The position numbers were made by a program, and so were the translations under genes. DNA of 37,253 bases from Octopus bimaculoides. Its lineage: Eukaryota. The notes below the pieces were generated by a model. It saw only the letters and a list, made by a program, of their open reading frames with translations, searched no databases and was not told where the DNA came from. Positions 36,884-37,253 of the stretch are shown piece after piece (position 1 is the stretch's first letter; each line of letters begins with the position of its first letter). The DNA is taken from positions 48,992,149 to 49,029,401 of the forward strand of contig NC_068998.1 in assembly GCF_001194135.2 (NCBI RefSeq). Reading direction: 5' to 3'.

Positions 36884-37205
36884 GCCGCTGGCATTCATTG
36901 ACGCTGCATCGAAGAAACCAAGGAACGAAAGAAAAAAGGAGAAAGAAGAAATGCACTCAACACAAGAGCTGAAGACACCTCCGAAAGAATTATCTTTTGA
37001 ACTCCATTGGCTTACAGCTGTTCCCATTGTAAAATGCGCTACACATATAGTTAGGTGCCCTAATAAAATTATACACCTTTATGTATGTATGTATGTATGT
37101 ATGTATGCATTTATCTACCTCTGTATCTCTATAAATATGTATTATACATATATATATACTTCATATATATGCATACATACTAATATACATATATAAACAC
37201 ACACA

Positions 37206-37253
<48 letters not shown>

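Overview
AT-rich eukaryotic genomic DNA, dense in microsatellites and broken by 11 N-gaps. I can support no host protein-coding gene, RNA gene or CRISPR array. Almost every ORF in the supplied track is an artefact of simple repeats or Ns. The SINE families and repeat landscape look like an octopus (coleoid cephalopod) draft assembly; this is my recognition and was not searched. The window reads as intergenic or intronic DNA made of layered transposon debris: many tRNA-derived SINEs (one full length with a 12-bp TSD), a CR1/L2-group LINE ORF2 fragment, two copies of the 3' end of an L1/Tx1-like LINE, a Tc1/mariner 5' fragment with a decayed HTH-transposase start, a probable pogo/Tigger end, a complete 220-bp piggyBac-type MITE, two Helentron/DINE-1-like (HINE) pieces, and a ~240-bp TA-flanked fold-back element with a pre-miRNA-like core hairpin. 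The best leads are the fold-back hairpin, the piggyBac MITE, and the Tx1-like LINE sitting inside a (TC)n/(TATC)n microsatellite.
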